Shown here: positions 6,223-15,704 of the stretch, piece by piece
How positions within the stretch are numbered: position 1 is the first letter of the stretch
How the letters are laid out: every line of letters starts with the position of its first letter
Virus record (IMG/VR): IMGVR_UViG_3300015262_000003
Location: 1-39,241 of that record
Length of the DNA: 39,241 nucleotides
Source of the DNA: a virus
Lineage: Duplodnaviria; Heunggongvirae; Uroviricota; Caudoviricetes
Strand: one strand, 5' to 3'
The notes under the pieces: model-generated
Databases searched by the model: none
Seen by the model: only the letters and a program-made list of their open reading frames with translations
What the model was told of the DNA's origin: nothing
Made by a program: the position numbers and the translations under genes

Positions 6223-6678
6223 ATGTCACAATTGATCGACTACGAAGACGTAGGTGAAAGTCCAATTGGAAATGATACAAAGTGGGAAGCTGGTCAATCT
6301 GGTAATCCTAATGGTCGTCCCAAAGGTAAAACTAACTCAAAACCACGCTCTAAAATGCGTACAACACTGTCTAGGCTCTACTCCATTCAAGGAGAAGCAA
6401 TCGAGCTAATCCGACAACAGATGACGGGTAAAGACTCCAATGGTAAGGCTGTAGAAGCACCTTCCAAGGATAAAGTTGATATGGCTAAGTTTGTTGTTAA
6501 GACAATTGAGTCATTGAACAATACATGCCTTCGTGAAGAAGCATTGATTCTTGGTATTCGTGGCAAAGGTGATACAGAAGGCGCGAAAGGGTTGGAAGAA
6601 AGTCAAGCCAATCAATCAGCTGAAGATACTGGAGCATTCAGTATGGATATGGCTGTAGACGATGAAACTAAACACTAA
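6223..6678 (+). CDS. Putative terminase small subunit (DUF5681-type N-terminal motif)
   Basis: WEAGQSGNPNGRPKG motif, AAGGAG RBS before ATG 6223 (the ORF-track start at 6118 is too far upstream), and position upstream of terL. Confidence 0.7.
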   Translation: MSQLIDYEDVGESPIGNDTKWEAGQSGNPNGRPKGKTNSKPRSKMRTTLSRLYSIQGEAIELIRQQMTGKDSNGKAVEAPSKDKVDMAKFVVKTIESLNNTCLREEALILGIRGKGDTEGAKGLEESQANQSAEDTGAFSMDMAVDDETKH

Positions 6679-6687
6679 GGGGTAATA

Positions 6688-7083
6688 ATGAAATATCAAC
6701 TGATTGTAAAATGTGGTAACTCGCTGGGTTTCGGCTGGTTGGAAACAATTGTAGAACTCGCTAAACAAGGCGCAGTTTTGAAAGAAGGCGTTAACCAGAT
6801 GCTGAAGTTTCCACACACTTGCTACATGGAAATTGAATCTGAAGAAGATCCTGTAGCTACACCATTTGTTCGTGTCTTCCGAGAAGATAAGAGTGAAGTG
6901 TTTATTGTAAAAGAAACTGATGAAGTTGGTGGTTTCTCGATGGAAATTGATGACGGTATTCGTCTTAGTAAAGAAGAACTAGATGCACTGGAATGGCAAG
7001 CATTTAAAGAAGCTTGTAAGAAAGTGAATATTAAAGGTCGTGATCGTAACTTGATGACTACTCAGTATCTTAAAAGTGAATAA
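6688..7083 (+). CDS. Hypothetical protein between the terminase genes
   Basis: 131-aa ORF with an AAGGGG RBS and no recognised motif. Confidence 0.7.
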   Translation: MKYQLIVKCGNSLGFGWLETIVELAKQGAVLKEGVNQMLKFPHTCYMEIESEEDPVATPFVRVFREDKSEVFIVKETDEVGGFSMEIDDGIRLSKEELDALEWQAFKEACKKVNIKGRDRNLMTTQYLKSE

Positions 7084-7108
7084 AGTCAATAAATAGTTGT
7101 ATTACCTA

Positions 7109-7137
7109 TTGACATAATAGCTTTTATCAATTAGAAT
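7109..7137 (+). promoter_or_regulatory. sigma70 promoter upstream of terL
   Basis: TTGACA (7109-7114), 17-nt spacer, TAGAAT (7132-7137). Inverted repeat GTCAATA (7085-7091)/TATTGAC (7107-7113). Confidence 0.75.
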
Positions 7138-7189
7138 ACGTACTTAGATAGAGGGAATATATGAATCCCTTTCAATAGAAGGAGAACAC

Positions 7190-8701
7190 ATGTCTAAGAC
7201 AGACATTGCTGTTCGTCCTCAGTCTCCTTTTCAAGAGAAGTATCTGAAGTCAGATGCAAAGATTCTAGTAGTTGGTGGTGCGGCTGGTTCTAGTAAGTCT
7301 TATGTCGGATTGATGCGACATCTAAGATTTGTCAACGATCCTGATTATCGCGGTTTCTGTATTCGTAAGAACAGTACAGCAATTATGAAAGCGGGTGGTT
7401 TGTTTGAACAAGCAGTTCGACTATACTCCAAAGTATATCCTAAGATTCAAATCAAACTTAAAGAACAAAAGATTGTATTCCCAAGTGGTGCATCTGTTAG
7501 TTTCTCGCACTATGAGAATGACAGCGCCGGTCTTTTGTATCAAGGTCTTGAACTATCAAGTGTCTTCTACGACGAAGGTACACACGCTGATGAATCACAC
7601 TTGTGGTGGTTGTTTTCACGTCTACGTACTGAAGCAAAGATGGAACCTTGTATGTGGGTTAGTTGTAACCCTGATCCTGATAGCTTCTTGTTTGATTGGG
7701 TCAAATGGTGGCTCTACCCTGAAGGTCATGAGAAATATGGTCTTCCTGATCCTGCTAAGAATGGTGTTACACGATACCTTCTGCGTATTGGTGGTGATCT
7801 TATTTGGGGTGATACTTGGCAAGAACTTTATGATAAACATAAGAAGCCTGATCTTCCAGTTGATCATGAAGACCAAGTAAGGCCGATTCCATTCCAAGTG
7901 TTGCTCGGTACATTGTACGACAACCCAACGTTAATGAAGTCTAACCCAAACTATAAAGCTGCGCTTGAGGCATTGCCTGATGTTGAGCGTAGACGTTTGC
8001 TGTTAGGTGACTGGACGGCTCGTGAAGAAGGTAGCACATACTTTCAACGTGAGTGGTGTGGTGAACAAGCCATTGATGAACCTCCTGCAAGTGAAATTCT
8101 TCGCACGGTAAGAGCATACGACTTTGCTGGTACATTAAAGACATCAGCAAATCCAAGTCCCGATTATACAGCATCTGCTCGTGTTAGCAAGTTAAAGAAT
8201 GGTGATTTCTTCGTTCATGACGTGCAACGTACACGAATATTATTTGGTGATTGGGAGAAGTTTGTTCTTGAGAATGCAGCAAGAGATGGATTCAATACTG
8301 AGATTCTTATTCCACTTGACCCCGGCGCATCCGCAAAGGTTGCCACTAGTTTGCTCACAAGAGCAATTGGGGAAAAAGGCTACAGAGTACGAACACTTAA
8401 AACGACACAAAGTAAGCTAGACCGATTCAGACCTTTCTCTTCTCTAGCAATGAATGGTCATATCAAGTTCTTAAAAGGATGTGGATATGATTATGAAAAC
8501 AACATTGAAGCTGATAACAACTTCGTTTACAGAGAGCTTGAAGCTTTCAACGGTAAACGTCGTGGTGGTGAATCAGGACACGATGATATGTGTGACGCCT
8601 TGAGTGACACCATTTCAATTCTAGCACAAAGAGTAAATATTCCAAATATGTCAGCAGCGCTTGCGTCTGTGAACATGTCAACTAAAACACCCTTCAGCTA
8701 A
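7190..8701 (+). CDS. terL: Terminase large subunit
   Basis: Walker A GGAAGSSKS, Walker B VFYDEG, coupling region SCNP, nuclease motifs RAYDFA and HDDMCDALS. Located before the portal gene. Confidence 0.93.
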   Translation: MSKTDIAVRPQSPFQEKYLKSDAKILVVGGAAGSSKSYVGLMRHLRFVNDPDYRGFCIRKNSTAIMKAGGLFEQAVRLYSKVYPKIQIKLKEQKIVFPSGASVSFSHYENDSAGLLYQGLELSSVFYDEGTHADESHLWWLFSRLRTEAKMEPCMWVSCNPDPDSFLFDWVKWWLYPEGHEKYGLPDPAKNGVTRYLLRIGGDLIWGDTWQELYDKHKKPDLPVDHEDQVRPIPFQVLLGTLYDNPTLMKSNPNYKAALEALPDVERRRLLLGDWTAREEGSTYFQREWCGEQAIDEPPASEILRTVRAYDFAGTLKTSANPSPDYTASARVSKLKNGDFFVHDVQRTRILFGDWEKFVLENAARDGFNTEILIPLDPGASAKVATSLLTRAIGEKGYRVRTLKTTQSKLDRFRPFSSLAMNGHIKFLKGCGYDYENNIEADNNFVYRELEAFNGKRRGGESGHDDMCDALSDTISILAQRVNIPNMSAALASVNMSTKTPFS

Positions 8702-8710
8702 GGAGTTACG

Positions 8711-10249
8711 ATGGCAGAGGAAGTAGTAACAGACAATGCCCTGTCCTTGCAAGAGGGTGATGTAAAAGTTCCCGCAATGGCATACGGAGAGATGGGATAC
8801 ACTGGACTTGTTACCCTTGGTGGTAAAGTTTGGGATGAATGTACTCATGAACTTCGATGGCCTTATGCTTATAAGACATTTAAACAAATGGCACTTGATG
8901 GTGCTGTGCATCCATCTCTTGACTTCGTTGAGAGTAAGATTGCAGAAGCTGATTGGGTTGTTCGTATCCCAAAGAAAGCTCCAAAAGAGCTACTTGGTCA
9001 ACTAACCTTACAAAAGGAATTCGTTGAGTCTTGTATGACTGATATGGAACATAGCTGGACAGCAATGATTAAAGATGCTGCTAGTTTCAACCGTTATGGT
9101 TTCTCCACACTTGAGAAAGTGTACCGTTATCGTAATACGAAATACGGTAGTAAGCATGATGATGGTCGAGTTGGTTTCAGAAAGATTGTTGGTCGTAGTC
9201 AAGGTACTATTGAAAAGTGGGAATGGGTTAATAAAGGTCGTGACATTAAAGGTTTCTGGCAACGTGTTGTAACACCAGCTGAGACAATTAATATCAATGG
9301 TTGGGAAACATTGAAACTTCAATCAACTCAAGCATTCAACCTGAAGTTCATTCCGAGTTATAAATACCTGCACTTCCGTCATAATCCTCAGAACAATTCA
9401 CCAACTGGTAGTTCACCACTTGCTGGTGTATGGCAAGCCTATAAGATGAAGCAAGCTTATCAAGAGTCAGAAGCCATTGGTACTGCTCAAGATAACAACG
9501 CATTCAAGATCCTGTATCTGCCTCCTGAATACCTTGTAGCTGATGCTGACGAAGATCGTAAAGCTAGCTTTGAGATGTACAAGACGATGCTTGAGAAAGC
9601 ACACCAAGCAAAACAAAGTGGTTTTATCCTTCCAATGCTAACAGACAGTGAAGGTAATAAGATGTTTGACTTTGAGATTAAGAATATCTCAGGCACGAAA
9701 TCTTATGATGTGAATGCAATCATTGCTCGCTACACACGAGAGATTCAAGTCGGTTTGTTTGCTGACGTACTCTCACTTGGTGGTGGTTCTGGTGGTAGTT
9801 ACTCTCTTGCTGAATCTAAAGTAAACATCATTGACCTTGCTGTTAAGTCTCGACTGAATGAGATTAAAGATCAACTTAACCATGACTTGATGACACAACT
9901 GTTCGAACAGAATGGATGGTCTACAGAATGGATGCCTTACTTTGACTATGAACTTCCTAATATGGAAAGCATGGACAATAAAGGTAAGTTTTATCAGCGT
10001 GTTAAAGCTGTAGGTCTTCTGCCAGTAGTCCCAGCTGTAGTCAACCAAATCCTTAAAGATTGTGGTATTGATTATCAAGTTGATGAGGATATGTCTACTG
10101 AGGATCTTATGAAGATTCTTGCACCAATGTCACAAGCTGATATTCAGAGTGAAGCTGGTAAGGGAATGGAAAGTGGATTAAATAACTCAAACGGCAAAGG
10201 TACTGGCTCTAATGGTGACAGTAGCACTGCAAATACGGAGAACAATTAA
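8711..10249 (+). CDS. Portal protein
   Basis: 512 aa between terL and the protease. Portal-like segments include YGFSTLEKVYR, KYLHFRH...NPTGSSPL and GGSYSLAESK. Confidence 0.85.
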   Translation: MAEEVVTDNALSLQEGDVKVPAMAYGEMGYTGLVTLGGKVWDECTHELRWPYAYKTFKQMALDGAVHPSLDFVESKIAEADWVVRIPKKAPKELLGQLTLQKEFVESCMTDMEHSWTAMIKDAASFNRYGFSTLEKVYRYRNTKYGSKHDDGRVGFRKIVGRSQGTIEKWEWVNKGRDIKGFWQRVVTPAETININGWETLKLQSTQAFNLKFIPSYKYLHFRHNPQNNSPTGSSPLAGVWQAYKMKQAYQESEAIGTAQDNNAFKILYLPPEYLVADADEDRKASFEMYKTMLEKAHQAKQSGFILPMLTDSEGNKMFDFEIKNISGTKSYDVNAIIARYTREIQVGLFADVLSLGGGSGGSYSLAESKVNIIDLAVKSRLNEIKDQLNHDLMTQLFEQNGWSTEWMPYFDYELPNMESMDNKGKFYQRVKAVGLLPVVPAVVNQILKDCGIDYQVDEDMSTEDLMKILAPMSQADIQSEAGKGMESGLNNSNGKGTGSNGDSSTANTENN

Positions 10250-11602
10250 ATGGCCCACAGCCTAATTAAACTGAAGGGTTCTCTCCAAAACAAACCACAT
10301 CTTATTGAACCTGAAAGCTTTAATTCGATTATGGAGTATGTCAACTCCCGTATCCAAGGTAATGCTGAAATTACCAAAAAGGAAATGGCAAGTTGGGATG
10401 ATGTTGATGGAGACTTCTCTAGTCGTTTTTACGACGAAACTAAAACAGGATTTATGAGTATCGATGGTCCACTGACATACAAGACTTCCGGTTGGGAAGC
10501 ATTTTGTGGTGGCACATCTTATGAAATGCTCAAAGGTCAAATGGAATACTTTGTATCGCAAGGCGCTAAGACAGTTGCGATGGTTGTTGACTCAGGTGGC
10601 GGTGAAGCACATGGGATGATTGACAGTGCTAATTATATGCGAAAACTTGCTGATGAAAATGGTATTCGAATCATTGCTTATGTAGATGGTATGTCAGCTT
10701 CTGCTGCTTATGGTATCTCTTGTATCGCTGATGAGATTGTAATGTCTTCGGATAGTCAAGTTGGCAGCATTGGTGTTCTGATTCAACTCATGAACAACAG
10801 TAAGATGCTTGAGAAAGCTGGTATTGAACGAACATTCATTACTGCCGGTAAAGACAAAGTTCCTTTTGCTGAAGATGGTTCATTCACTGAAGCATTTAAA
10901 GAGAAACTACAAGCCTCTGTTGATGACCTTTATGAAAGCTTCACATCTCACGTAGCTCTATATCGGAAGATGAGTGTTGATAGTGTAAAGAATACAGAAG
11001 CAAACGTATTTATGTCAAAGGATGCGATTCAACTTGGTCTTGCTGATCAGATTATGACTCCTGAGAACTTTTATGAATATCTGGCGACGTATGCTCAGAG
11101 TAACTTAGAGGGAAACACAATGGGCAACCCGCTCAAGAAATTTATGAACAACACTAAAGAGGATGCTGAAATGGCCCAACTTGAAGAACTGCAACTTGAA
11201 CTGAATACCACTAAAGAACAATTTACAGCCATGTCTACTCAGATGAGTGAACTGAAAGAACTGTTCGGCGCACAAGCAGAGCAACTAAACGCCGCTAAAG
11301 AAGCACTGGCTGCTGCTGAAACTGCAAAAGCTGAAGCCTTGGTTGCTAGTCGTAAAGCCGCTCTTTCCGAAGTGCTGCCTGTTGACCAACTTGAAGCCGC
11401 GATGAGTGCTTATGGTGAACTGCCTGAAGCTTCGTTTAACTTCACAGTTACCACACTGAAAGCTGCTAAAGAGAAATCGGCTGGTGGTGAAATGATGACT
11501 GACGCTGGTGGTGAAGGCGCTGAGAAAGATGCAGAACCTGTTGATCAGCTTGAAGCAATTCGTCTCGCTGGTGTAGCTGCTGCTCAAGCCCTGCGCAAAT
11601 AA
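10250..11602 (+). CDS. Prohead protease (S49/SppA-like) with a C-terminal scaffold domain
   Basis: DSGGG, SASAAY, GSIGV and AGKDK motifs, then an Ala/Glu-rich coiled-coil C-terminus. In-frame ATGs with RBS occur at 11120 and 11171. Confidence 0.9.
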   Translation: MAHSLIKLKGSLQNKPHLIEPESFNSIMEYVNSRIQGNAEITKKEMASWDDVDGDFSSRFYDETKTGFMSIDGPLTYKTSGWEAFCGGTSYEMLKGQMEYFVSQGAKTVAMVVDSGGGEAHGMIDSANYMRKLADENGIRIIAYVDGMSASAAYGISCIADEIVMSSDSQVGSIGVLIQLMNNSKMLEKAGIERTFITAGKDKVPFAEDGSFTEAFKEKLQASVDDLYESFTSHVALYRKMSVDSVKNTEANVFMSKDAIQLGLADQIMTPENFYEYLATYAQSNLEGNTMGNPLKKFMNNTKEDAEMAQLEELQLELNTTKEQFTAMSTQMSELKELFGAQAEQLNAAKEALAAAETAKAEALVASRKAALSEVLPVDQLEAAMSAYGELPEASFNFTVTTLKAAKEKSAGGEMMTDAGGEGAEKDAEPVDQLEAIRLAGVAAAQALRK

Positions 11603-11631
11603 TTTAATATTAAATAAGAGGAAATAAAGAC

Positions 11632-12084
11632 ATGGCTTACACAACTTTGAATGCTCCAATTCCACGCGCTTCTGATCTTATTGTAGATCACGAAGAGTTT
11701 GGTTATAACTTCGACGATGCCAACATTACCCCAGCTGGTAACATTCCGTTCGGTACTGTTGTCTTCCGTGCTAAAGGTGCTGCTTCCGATGCCGTTGCTT
11801 GGACTGTAGTTGATGACGCTACTGACGTAGTTGTCGCCAATGACTTCGCAGTTGTTTACGGTGATCATTATGGCTTCAAGGCTGGTTTCACTCCTAAAAC
11901 AATCAAAGCTAAGTTCTATAACGCTCTCGTTATTAAACGTGGTCCTGTTCTGTTGAAAGAGTTTTACCTGAAGCAAGTTCACGGTACTCAGCTGGGCGCA
12001 ACCTTTGACAAACTGAAATCGCTTATGTCTGATCAAGGTCTTGTTGTTCTGGATGATGTCAGCGCTTTTAACGGCACTCTCTAA
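11632..12084 (+). CDS. Head decoration protein (lambda gpD-like position)
   Basis: 150 aa between the protease and capsid genes, with a GAGGA RBS and highly expressed-gene codon usage. Confidence 0.7.
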   Translation: MAYTTLNAPIPRASDLIVDHEEFGYNFDDANITPAGNIPFGTVVFRAKGAASDAVAWTVVDDATDVVVANDFAVVYGDHYGFKAGFTPKTIKAKFYNALVIKRGPVLLKEFYLKQVHGTQLGATFDKLKSLMSDQGLVVLDDVSAFNGTL

Positions 12085-12095
12085 TTAACTATCCC

Positions 12096-12118
12096 GAAGC
12101 ACTTTGAGAAAGTGCTTC
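12096..12118 (+). promoter_or_regulatory. Hairpin in the capsid-gene leader (stabilising or processing element)
   Basis: GAAGCACTTT-GAG-AAAGTGCTTC, a perfect 10-bp inverted repeat with no U-tract. Confidence 0.45.
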
Positions 12119-12142
12119 ATCCTCTTATATAAGGAATATGAA

Positions 12143-13240
12143 ATGACTTTGATTATCGACAAGAATATTGACCGCCTGAGCCAAGGTAAGTTTGTAGAGC
12201 TTACTGACATTCTGGTAGAAATCCCGCGTAACGTAAGTGTTATCGATGCACTGAATCTGTTTGATGATGTTTACCTGACCCAAAAGAAATTCGAAATTCA
12301 ACGTGTTCAGTACAGCAACCATCTGATCAAGGATAAGAATTGGGATGAGAAAGCTGACACCATCGTTGGTCGTCCAGTTCGTGGTTTCATCCAAGGTAAG
12401 ATTCCACACTTCCCAATGATCGACGCTATCAAGCCATCGGACATTGACGGTATCGCTTCGGTTAGTTCGATCCAAGAAGCTGCTGGTCTGGAAACTGTAA
12501 TGGATGTTCGTATCGAGAAGCTGTCCACCATCACCAACGCTTATGACCTGACTGAAGACGTTGCTAAAATGCAGCTGTTGACCAAAGGTACAGTATATGC
12601 ACCAGCTGGTACTCTGGCCACATCGTATGGCGACACCATCGACTTCTACCAAGAAATGGGTGTAACTCGTCAGACTATCAACCTTGAACTGTCCGGTGCT
12701 AACGATCCACGTATCAGTGTTTCGAATCTGGTTCGTAAGATGCGTGAAGCTCTGCGTAACAGTTCTAGCAATGGTAACTACAAGTCGCTGGTAGTTCTGT
12801 GCGGTACTGATTACTTCGACGCTGTTTACACCAACCCGTTCGTAACTGACACTGTTAAGCAGTTCAACCAAGACCTGTCGAAACTGTTGCTGCAAACTCC
12901 AGATACCGCACAAGGTTACGATGCTAACTTCCGTAGCGTTAACGTTTGGGGTGTAGTGTTCATCGATGCTGGTACTGGTGGTTATGATGGTCCAGATGGT
13001 GTGTTTGTTCCGTGGATTGCTGCTGATAAAGCGATTGCTCTGCCAACTGGTGTTCGTGGTATGTTCAAGACTCTGTACGCTCCAGCTAACACTTTCAGCA
13101 CCATCAACAAGCGTTCAGCCGGTCGTTACTACTTCGAACGTCTGAACGAAGAAGATGACCTGATCCAAATGAAAGCTGAACAGAACTTCATGAATGCTCT
13201 GATCTACCCAGCTGCTGTATTCGATCTCACCAAGTCCTAA
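12143..13240 (+). CDS. Major capsid protein (lambda gpE-like family)
   Basis: 365 aa with an AAGGA RBS before ATG 12143. Contains IPHFPMIDAIKPSDI, the TKG..YAP and DFYQEMGV region, and YAPANT...N. Followed by a terminator. Confidence 0.9.
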   Translation: MTLIIDKNIDRLSQGKFVELTDILVEIPRNVSVIDALNLFDDVYLTQKKFEIQRVQYSNHLIKDKNWDEKADTIVGRPVRGFIQGKIPHFPMIDAIKPSDIDGIASVSSIQEAAGLETVMDVRIEKLSTITNAYDLTEDVAKMQLLTKGTVYAPAGTLATSYGDTIDFYQEMGVTRQTINLELSGANDPRISVSNLVRKMREALRNSSSNGNYKSLVVLCGTDYFDAVYTNPFVTDTVKQFNQDLSKLLLQTPDTAQGYDANFRSVNVWGVVFIDAGTGGYDGPDGVFVPWIAADKAIALPTGVRGMFKTLYAPANTFSTINKRSAGRYYFERLNEEDDLIQMKAEQNFMNALIYPAAVFDLTKS

Positions 13241-13255
13241 TAAGGCGCACTTTAT

Positions 13256-13286
13256 GGGGCTGGCGTAAGCTGGCCCTTTATTGTTT
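13256..13286 (+). terminator. Intrinsic terminator after the capsid gene
   Basis: GGGGCTGGC-GTAA-GCTGGCCCT (GNRA loop) followed by TTATTGTTT. Confidence 0.7.
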
Positions 13287-13298
13287 CAGGAGGAATAA

Positions 13299-13712
13299 AT
13301 GACAGACGAAGAAAAGATTTCCCTCCTTGCCCTTATGCTTGGTGATATCCCCGGTGGTCCTTACTACCCAATGTTTTCGGAAGAACAGTATGCTCAGTTC
13401 CTGAAACTCTCTGGTGGTAATGTCAACCAAGCTGCTGTCTACGCTGCAATGTCCGCATCATTCTATGTTGGTGGTGAATCAACAAGAGAAGTTATTGGTG
13501 ATCTTCAATTGTCATCTAGCACAGGTGCAAATTACCTGAAGACTTTGGATTATCTTATTAAGACTGTTGGTAAAGTGCCACCAGCCAGTATGATGCCTTG
13601 GGTTGCTGGCCTTGACAGTTGTGAAAAGAATAAGCTTCTTGAATTCAGGCGCTGTGATGATCCTTGTAAGTTTATAACATTCAGCACTACTGAACAAAGT
13701 TGTGGGTGTTAA
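13299..13712 (+). CDS. Head-tail adaptor/connector protein
   Basis: First gene after the capsid gene, AGGAGG RBS, helical N-terminus and a Cys-rich C-terminal tail. Confidence 0.6.
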   Translation: MTDEEKISLLALMLGDIPGGPYYPMFSEEQYAQFLKLSGGNVNQAAVYAAMSASFYVGGESTREVIGDLQLSSSTGANYLKTLDYLIKTVGKVPPASMMPWVAGLDSCEKNKLLEFRRCDDPCKFITFSTTEQSCGC

Positions 13713-13714
13713 CT

Positions 13715-14104
13715 ATGGGAATGCACGATAGATTGCGTAACATGACAATCAGACAACTAGGGTTAGGTCCAAAAGGAAAAGGTGCACCAGCAACACTTAA
13801 CAAAGTGACAGAAGGTGTGTTTGATCCTGAAACTAGTACAGTGGTTGGTGGTGGGATTGTATCACATGATGGAAGCGGATTGAGGGTCAACTATAAGAGT
13901 TTTGATTATAGAGATGTAACAATTCAACATGATGACTTTAGGTTGTATCTGTGTCCAGTATTAGTTGACGGATCAGATTGTCCAGCACCATCTATTGAAG
14001 ATACCATAAACTTTGATGGTGACTTGTATAAAGTGATCAACATTGAACCTTGGAATGCTGCTGGTGTAGTGTGTGGCTGGAAGTTGCAAATGAGGAAAGG
14101 ATAA
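13715..14104 (+). CDS. Head closure/neck protein
   Basis: Synteny and the pattern EGVFDPET...IQHDDFRLY...DTINFDGDLYKVINIEP...WKLQMRK. The start is probably 13715 or 13721. Confidence 0.65.
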   Translation: MGMHDRLRNMTIRQLGLGPKGKGAPATLNKVTEGVFDPETSTVVGGGIVSHDGSGLRVNYKSFDYRDVTIQHDDFRLYLCPVLVDGSDCPAPSIEDTINFDGDLYKVINIEPWNAAGVVCGWKLQMRKG

Positions 14105-14514
14105 TGTCTAACGATGATTTCCTTGACACAATCAACAAATGGATTGAAGAAACAGAAGAAACATTGGATAACGTATTACAAACTATCGTAATTATGGTTG
14201 GTAAAAGCGTTGTCACTTTATCACCAGTTGATACAGGTTTGTTTAAAGGTAATTGGCAACTTAGTATTGACGGAGCTACAACATCCAGTCTTTTGCGTGA
14301 AGATAAGATTGGGGATGTAACAATTGCTGATATTGCAAGGAAAGCAAACAGTTTCACAGCCGGTCAAGTTGCTTACATTCAGAACCATGTTCTTTATGGA
14401 TATGACCTTGAATATGGTAGCTCACCTCAAGCAAGAAACCCGGACGGTATGGTAAGAGTAACAGCGGTTAAATTCAGTCAGATTGTAGATGACGCTGTAC
14501 GTCTTCACAAGTAA
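14104..14514 (+). CDS. HK97 gp10-like neck/tail-completion protein
   Basis: SPVDTGLFKGNWQ and YGYDLEYGSS...GMVRVT motifs. TAATG overlap at the start. Confidence 0.8.
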   Translation: MSNDDFLDTINKWIEETEETLDNVLQTIVIMVGKSVVTLSPVDTGLFKGNWQLSIDGATTSSLLREDKIGDVTIADIARKANSFTAGQVAYIQNHVLYGYDLEYGSSPQARNPDGMVRVTAVKFSQIVDDAVRLHK

Positions 14515-14528
14515 TTAAAGGAGAGTAT

Positions 14529-14939
14529 ATGAGTCATTCTAGAGTAAGGGCTTTATTCAACACAGCATTGTTAGCTTATGCAACACCAAAACAATATCGT
14601 GTTGCTACAGACAACGTTACATTCGTTCCAAAGACTAATGAGACATATCTAGCAGCGCATTTGATTCCTGCTGATACAACCACTAACACACTTGGTGGTG
14701 ATCATAAGAAATTCATTGGGATCTATCAGATTAAAGTTGTCACAGGAACAGGTGTATCAACCTCTGTATCAGACAACATCACACAAGACCTTCAGACTGT
14801 GTTCCAAGTAGACAAGTTGTTTACAAAGGACGGTTTCACAGTTCAAGTGGTAAGTCCTATCCATAGTCCAGAAGGTAGAGCACAAGAAGGAAGCTGGGTT
14901 GTCCCATGTTACTTCGAATATCGCTCTGACACGAATTAA
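14529..14939 (+). CDS. Tail terminator/completion protein
   Basis: Lies directly before the tube gene and has the typical C-terminal WVVPCYFEYRSD. AAGGAG RBS. Confidence 0.75.
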   Translation: MSHSRVRALFNTALLAYATPKQYRVATDNVTFVPKTNETYLAAHLIPADTTTNTLGGDHKKFIGIYQIKVVTGTGVSTSVSDNITQDLQTVFQVDKLFTKDGFTVQVVSPIHSPEGRAQEGSWVVPCYFEYRSDTN

Positions 14940-14985
14940 CGAGAGTTGATTCACACAAACATTCATTGATAAGAGGAATACAAAT

Positions 14986-15642
14986 ATGGCTTTTCGTTTG
15001 CCTAACGGCTCTACATTTGACTTTGCCGCTACTTACAGCGCTGATGTAACTATCACTGCAATTAGTAACGCTGCTACCGCTGTTGTTAGCGCTGCTGGTC
15101 ACACCTTTGTTGAAGGTGATATTGTTGTAATTACTTCTGGTTGGGTTAAAGTTACTGGTCGTGCTTTCCGCGTTGGTGAAGTTGCAAGCGGTACATTTGA
15201 ACTGGAAGGTTTGAACACTACTTCGACTGCTCGTTACCCAACCGGTAGTTCCGCTGGTACTGCTAAGAAAGTAGCAACTTGGGTCAATATCCCACAGATT
15301 ACTGAAGTAGCTTCTAGTGGTGGTGAGCAACAATTCTACCAATTCGGTTTCTTGGAAGAAGACGAAGATCGTCAAATCCCAACAACTAAATCCCCATCGA
15401 CTCTGACTCTGACTGTAGCGGATGACCCTTCGCAACCGTTCGTTCCAGTTGTTGAGCAAGCTGATGAACTGAAAGAAGAACGTATTCAACGTCTCAACTT
15501 GGTCAACGGTGATACCATTCTGTATAACAGTATCGCTTCGATCACTAATACACCAAGTCTTACCCGTAACCAACTGATGGTTCGTACTATCACCCTTGCT
15601 CAACAAGGTCGGGTCACTAGGTATCAAGGCGTAAGTGCATAA
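14986..15642 (+). CDS. Major tail tube protein (Phage_tail_3-like)
   Basis: MAFRLPNGST...WVNIPQITEVASSGGEQQF...IPTTKSP is characteristic of this tube family. Followed by a terminator. Confidence 0.9.
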   Translation: MAFRLPNGSTFDFAATYSADVTITAISNAATAVVSAAGHTFVEGDIVVITSGWVKVTGRAFRVGEVASGTFELEGLNTTSTARYPTGSSAGTAKKVATWVNIPQITEVASSGGEQQFYQFGFLEEDEDRQIPTTKSPSTLTLTVADDPSQPFVPVVEQADELKEERIQRLNLVNGDTILYNSIASITNTPSLTRNQLMVRTITLAQQGRVTRYQGVSA

Positions 15643-15651
15643 GATGTAAAC

Positions 15652-15689
15652 AAGCCCTTGCCTTACTTTAGGGTGAGGGCTTTCTTTTC
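15652..15689 (+). terminator. Intrinsic terminator
   Basis: AAGCCCTTGCCTT-ACTTT-AGGGTGAGGGCTT followed by TCTTTTC. Confidence 0.75.
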
Positions 15690-15704
15690 TAAGGAGATTA
15701 TAAA

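Noticed and set aside
7190-8701. Intein or group I intron in terL (also checked for nrdA and the portal)
   Set aside because: The reading frames are continuous and of normal length, with no intein splice motifs or LAGLIDADG inserts visible.
12125-12913. 262-aa antisense ORF opposite the capsid gene (also 14857..15627, 33390..34025, 7395..7880 and similar)
   Set aside because: These are shadow ORFs produced by codon bias of the real gene on the other strand or frame. They have no RBS, no motifs and no protein-like composition.
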